Origin: Clostridia bacterium
GTDB lineage: Bacteria; Bacillota; Clostridia; Christensenellales; CAG-138
NCBI GenBank assembly: GCA_017554455.1
Contig: JAFZIH010000142.1
Span: forward strand, 1 to 53,924
DNA: 53,924 nucleotides
Direction of reading: 5' to 3'
In this document: positions 50,103-53,924 of the stretch, piece after piece
How the letters are laid out: every line of letters begins with the position of its first letter
Position numbering within the stretch: position 1 is the first letter of the stretch
Notes under the pieces: model-generated
Database searches by the model: none
What the model was told of the DNA's origin: nothing
Seen by the model: the letters and a program-made list of their open reading frames with translations, nothing else
Made by a program: the position numbers and the translations under genes

Positions 50103-51743
50103 ATGAAAAAAGCTATTGCAATTCTTCTCGCGCTCACCTTTGTCATCGGCATGGTGGGCTGCGGCGGCGGAAAGGTCAAGACAGGCGATCCCGATCAGAC
50201 AGACTTTCTGATCGTCGGCGGCATGTCCGTACTTTCCAGCGGCAACGACTCGAACCCGGTTCTGGTGAAGCTTGCAGAGGATGCGGGCGTCGAGATCGAA
50301 TGGGACCTCATGAGCGACTCGCTCGGTGAAAAGGTCGGCGTTCTGATCGGCGGCAACCAGCTTCCCGATGCGTTCATCGCTGTGGGCTTCTCTCAGAACG
50401 ACATCATGGAATACGGCGGTGACGGCACGTTCATTGACCTGACCCCGTACATCACGCCGGAGATCATGCCGAAGCTTTCCGCGATCCTCGAAAAGCATCC
50501 GGACATCAAAGCCGGCATCACGCAGGCAGACGGCAAGATCTACGGTCTGCCCTCCGGCGAGCTCATGGGCACCGCTGCGATCGGCGCAACTGACGACCTT
50601 TCGATCTATGCGGTTCCGGAATTCTCCATGATCAACAAGACATGGCTCGACGAACTCGGTCTTGCGGTTCCCACGAACCTCACCGAGCTCCATGACGCGC
50701 TCGTCGCGTTCAAGGAGAACGATATGGCGACCCGCAACGGCAACGGCGCCGGCTCCACCATCCCGATGTCCACCGGTTACGACCAGTGGTGCTGGGGTCA
50801 GGAGATCTTCTACGCGGGCTTCGGCTTCACGAACTTCACCAGCGACATCTGCTTTGACCTGCGAGCAAAGGGAGACGGCACCGTGGAGTTTGTCAGCGCT
50901 ACGCAGGCGTATCGCGATGCCGTGACCTACTTCCATGACTGGTATGCGGAGGGTCTCATGGACCTCGAAATGTTCTCCCAGTCCACTTCTCAGCTGATCG
51001 CGAAGGTCTCTCAGGGCCGCGTCGGCGTCACCACCTGGTGGGAGATCAAAGAGATCGCAGGCGAGCATACCGACGATTTCGTGTTCCTGCCGCCGCTGTA
51101 CGGTCCGAGGGGCACGCAGTATGAGAACACCCGCAACCTGACGATCCGCTCGGGCCCGGGCGTAACCTCCGGCAACTTCAACATCACCTCTGCCTGCGGC
51201 AATCCCGAACTGCTTCTGAAGTACTTCGATCAGTGGTATGACCCCGAAGTCGTCATGCAGCTCCAGTACGGTCCGATCGGCATCTATTACACCGAGAAGG
51301 ACGCAAACGGCGTCTGGCAAACCATCACGGACGACGCTGCAAAGGCGCAGTTCGGCAAGAGCGCAGGCGAGCTGAAGGCACAGTACGAAGTCTACGGTCC
51401 GCGTCTGATCCTTGCGGAATACTACAACAGCGTGTTCTACATGGAGGACCGCGCAACGCAGCGTCTGCATGACATCGAAGAGATCTGGATGCCCTATGTG
51501 CAGGATGTCGTCGCATATCCGAACGACGTCACCTTCACCGAGGAAGAACTCGAAGTGATCAGCCGCTACAAGGCGGACTTCGTCTCCCAGGTCGCGGAAT
51601 ATGAGGGCACCTGGCTGAAGAACGGCGGCCCAACCGACACGGAGTGGGAAGCGTACCTCAAGGTGCTTCGCGACAACTGCGGCATGGATCGTCTGCTTGA
51701 CGTCTATCAGACAGCATATACCCGTTATCTGCAGAGTCGGTAA
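50103..51743 (+). CDS. Large extracellular solute-binding lipoprotein (LplA-like, ~546 aa)
   Basis: MKKAIAILLALTFVIGMVGC lipobox. AAGGAGAA SD. Its size and position after LplB/C-type permeases support the call. Confidence 0.85.
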   Translation: MKKAIAILLALTFVIGMVGCGGGKVKTGDPDQTDFLIVGGMSVLSSGNDSNPVLVKLAEDAGVEIEWDLMSDSLGEKVGVLIGGNQLPDAFIAVGFSQNDIMEYGGDGTFIDLTPYITPEIMPKLSAILEKHPDIKAGITQADGKIYGLPSGELMGTAAIGATDDLSIYAVPEFSMINKTWLDELGLAVPTNLTELHDALVAFKENDMATRNGNGAGSTIPMSTGYDQWCWGQEIFYAGFGFTNFTSDICFDLRAKGDGTVEFVSATQAYRDAVTYFHDWYAEGLMDLEMFSQSTSQLIAKVSQGRVGVTTWWEIKEIAGEHTDDFVFLPPLYGPRGTQYENTRNLTIRSGPGVTSGNFNITSACGNPELLLKYFDQWYDPEVVMQLQYGPIGIYYTEKDANGVWQTITDDAAKAQFGKSAGELKAQYEVYGPRLILAEYYNSVFYMEDRATQRLHDIEEIWMPYVQDVVAYPNDVTFTEEELEVISRYKADFVSQVAEYEGTWLKNGGPTDTEWEAYLKVLRDNCGMDRLLDVYQTAYTRYLQSR

Positions 51744-51765
51744 CATAATCCACACCCCCATAGAA

Positions 51766-51804
51766 CAAGGCGGCCGCACCCAAGCGGTGCGACCGCCTTG
51801 TTTC
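51766..51804 (+). terminator. Strong hairpin between SBP and GH32 genes (partial terminator / processing site)
   Basis: CAAGGCGGCCGCACC-loop-GGTGCGACCGCCTTG followed by TTTC. Confidence 0.5.
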
Positions 51805-51826
51805 AAAAGTCAAAAAGGAGCGAACC

Positions 51827-53305
51827 ATGAAAGATAAACTGCAAAGAGCAAGGACTTTTGAACAACGGTACCATCCGCATCTGTCCGAAACGGAGCAGCC
51901 GCGGTTCCATGTGACCGGCGGCGTCGGTTGGATTAACGATCCGAATGGCTTTTCCGTCTATCGGGGCGAATATCACCTTTTCTATCAATATAATCCCTAC
52001 GATACCAAGTGGGGTCCGATGCACTGGGGCCATGTCAAAACGCGCGACTTCCTGCATTGGGATCGGCTCCCGTGCGCGCTTGCGCCCGATGAGAGCTACG
52101 ACAAGGACGGCTGCTTCTCCGGCAGTGCCTTGGAGCTGCCCGACGGAAGACACCTCCTGCTGTATACGAGCGTTCGCAACGTACGGCGCAGTAACGGCGT
52201 GGTCGACGGGTATCAGACGCAGAGCGTTGCCGTCGGCGACGGCATCGATTATCAAAAGTTTGAAGGAAATCCGATTCTGGACGCCGATGATTTGCCGGAA
52301 GGCAACAGCCGGATCGATTTCCGCGATCCGAAGATCTGGTTTGAAGAAGGCAAGTTCTGGGCGGTCGTCGGCAACCGCTCCGCCGACAAGAGCGGTTCCA
52401 TCCTGTTGTTCGAAAGCGACGACACGTTTCACTGGCGGTTCTGTTCCGTGCTCGCGTCGTGCCACAATCAATACGGCAAGATGTGGGAGTGTCCCGACTT
52501 CTTCGAGCTTGACGGCAAACAGGTGCTTTTGATTAGCACGCAGAACATGACCTCGATGGGGCTCGAATTCCATCCGGGTAACGCCACGCTCTGCATCCTC
52601 GGACGCTACGACCGCGAAAAGCGGCATATGCTGCGCGACAATACGCACGCGGTCGATTACGGCACGGATTTCTATGCCATGCAGACGCTGAAAGCGCTCG
52701 ACGGCAGACGCGTGATGATCGCGTGGATGCAAAGCTGGGAATCCTCCGGCTGCAAGCTCAAGGGGCTTCCGTTTTGCGGACAAATGACGCTCCCGCGCGA
52801 GCTCTCCGTGCGCGACGGACGGCTGATCCAAAATCCCGTGCGCGAGATCGAGCAGTACCGTGCCGTCAAGGTCAGCTATCAGAATATGATGATCACCGAC
52901 GAAACAAGCTTACAGGGCGTGTGCGGTCGGTTTTTGGATATGACGGTCACGGTGCGTCCGGGCAACCGCGACCATATGTACCGCTATTTCAAGGTCAACG
53001 TCGCAAAGGACGGCGAGCGGGTCACCATGATCCGTCACAAGCCCGAAAACAACACGATCCGCGTCGACCGCAGCCGTTCTGGTTTCCCGCACGACATCGT
53101 GAACGTCCGCGATTTCCCGATCTTCCCGCATGACGAGCTGAAGCTTCGCATCATCATGGACCGGTACAGTTTGGAATTGTTCGTCAACGATGGCGAACAG
53201 GCGGCGTCGTTCGTGATCTACACGCCGATCTCGGCGGATTCGATCTCCTTCTCCTGCGACGGTTCCGCGATCATCGATGTGGTGAAATATGACATTGAGG
53301 TGTAA
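51827..53305 (+). CDS. Intracellular GH32 beta-fructofuranosidase / sucrose-6-phosphate hydrolase-like
   Basis: Canonical GWINDPNG, FRDPKIW and MWECPDFF blocks. No signal peptide. Confidence 0.9.
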   Translation: MKDKLQRARTFEQRYHPHLSETEQPRFHVTGGVGWINDPNGFSVYRGEYHLFYQYNPYDTKWGPMHWGHVKTRDFLHWDRLPCALAPDESYDKDGCFSGSALELPDGRHLLLYTSVRNVRRSNGVVDGYQTQSVAVGDGIDYQKFEGNPILDADDLPEGNSRIDFRDPKIWFEEGKFWAVVGNRSADKSGSILLFESDDTFHWRFCSVLASCHNQYGKMWECPDFFELDGKQVLLISTQNMTSMGLEFHPGNATLCILGRYDREKRHMLRDNTHAVDYGTDFYAMQTLKALDGRRVMIAWMQSWESSGCKLKGLPFCGQMTLPRELSVRDGRLIQNPVREIEQYRAVKVSYQNMMITDETSLQGVCGRFLDMTVTVRPGNRDHMYRYFKVNVAKDGERVTMIRHKPENNTIRVDRSRSGFPHDIVNVRDFPIFPHDELKLRIIMDRYSLELFVNDGEQAASFVIYTPISADSISFSCDGSAIIDVVKYDIEV

Positions 53306-53306
53306 G

Positions 53307-53924
53307 ATGGGAAAATCATTTGATGTAGTCGCCCTCGGCGAACTTCTCATTGACTTTACCGAGCACGGCACGAGCGAACAGGGGAATCCCTTATGGGAAG
53401 CCAATCCCGGCGGCGCGCCGTGCAATGTGCTCGCAATGCTTTCAAAACTCGACAGAAAGACTGCCTTCATCGGCAAAGTCGGAAACGACGTCTACGGGCG
53501 TCAGCTTCGCGCTGTCGTGTCCGAAGCGGGCATCGATACGTCCGCACTCTTAGACGATCCTTCGGTGCATACGACGCTTGCGGTCGTGCACACGTTTCCT
53601 AACGGCGATCGCGACTTCTCGTTCTACCGCAATCCCGGCGCGGATATGATGCTGACCGCGAACGATTTACCGATATCCATGTTGCAAAACTGCCGCATTT
53701 TTCATTTCGGTACGCTTTCCATGACGCATGAAGGCGTCCGCGAAGCGACCGTACAGGCGGTGCAGTATGCGAAAGCATGCGGCGCGATCATTTCGTTCGA
53801 CCCGAACCTGCGCCCTCCGCTGTGGTGCTCTCTTGCCGACGCAAGAACGCAGATCGGTTGGGGACTTAAACACAGCGACATTGTGAAGATCGCCGATAAC
53901 GAACTGGAGTTCTTGACCGGCGAA
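53307..53924 (+). CDS. PfkB-family fructokinase, N-terminal 206 codons (runs off the right edge)
   Basis: My own translation from ATG 53307 (SD GAGGTG) gives MGKSFDVVALGELLIDFTEHG...NPGGAPCNVLAMLSKL...GKVGNDVYG. It is open to the end of the window, so it is not in the ORF track. Confidence 0.85.
   Translation, partial: MGKSFDVVALGELLIDFTEHGTSEQGNPLWEANPGGAPCNVLAMLSKLDRKTAFIGKVGNDVYGRQLRAVVSEAGIDTSALLDDPSVHTTLAVVHTFPNGDRDFSFYRNPGADMMLTANDLPISMLQNCRIFHFGTLSMTHEGVREATVQAVQYAKACGAIISFDPNLRPPLWCSLADARTQIGWGLKHSDIVKIADNELEFLTGE

Overview
High-GC (about 60%) chromosomal segment with Gram-positive-type signals (GGAGG ribosome-binding sites, lipobox lipoproteins, LplABC-type sugar ABC transporter, DapL lysine route). 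This suggests a Clostridia/Oscillospirales-like genome, which is inference only. I call about 45 protein genes, one intact tRNA and two tRNA fragments.

Layout, left to right:
(1) 1-840: end of a ParA-bearing region, iteron-like repeats, tRNA-Arg(CCG) and a truncated paralogue.
(2) 0.9-6.6 kb: envelope and housekeeping genes (NodB deacetylase lipoprotein, YbaK deacylase, ThrE-family exporter, GT2::TagF fusion).
(3) 6.7-10.6 kb: a tightly coupled hypB / 934-aa GltD-like Fe-S flavoprotein / hypA operon with no Ni-enzyme structural gene in view. A 118-bp MITE-like inverted-repeat element lies upstream.
(4) 10.8-14.6 kb: ogt, a lamin-tail-domain protein, glpK, and an Ldh_2 dehydrogenase.
(5) 14.7-28.2 kb: the most interesting part. 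It is a co-directional run of 11 translationally coupled genes: adenylation-carrier didomain, two PlsC acyltransferases, acyl-AMP ligase, ACP, LRAT-like::PPTase fusion, membrane alpha/beta hydrolases, and DegV-MFS-DAK2 (fatty acid kinase-like). It looks like an undescribed carrier-protein-dependent lipid acylation/remodelling system.
(6) 28.7-37.3 kb: a single-promoter operon, pyrG-glnA-dapF-dapL-glmS-guaA, centred on glutamine.
(7) 37.3-38.1 kb: relic of a mobilisable element (frameshifted mobC plus a tRNA 3' fragment).
(8) 38.2-53.9 kb: a LacI-controlled fructan utilisation locus. It holds two GH32 enzymes, a triple-repeat surface lipoprotein, LplABC-type transporter, MsmX-like ATPase, fructokinase and four unknown membrane proteins.

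No CRISPR array, rRNA or intact transposase/integrase was seen. All family assignments come from motif reading by eye; no database search was possible.
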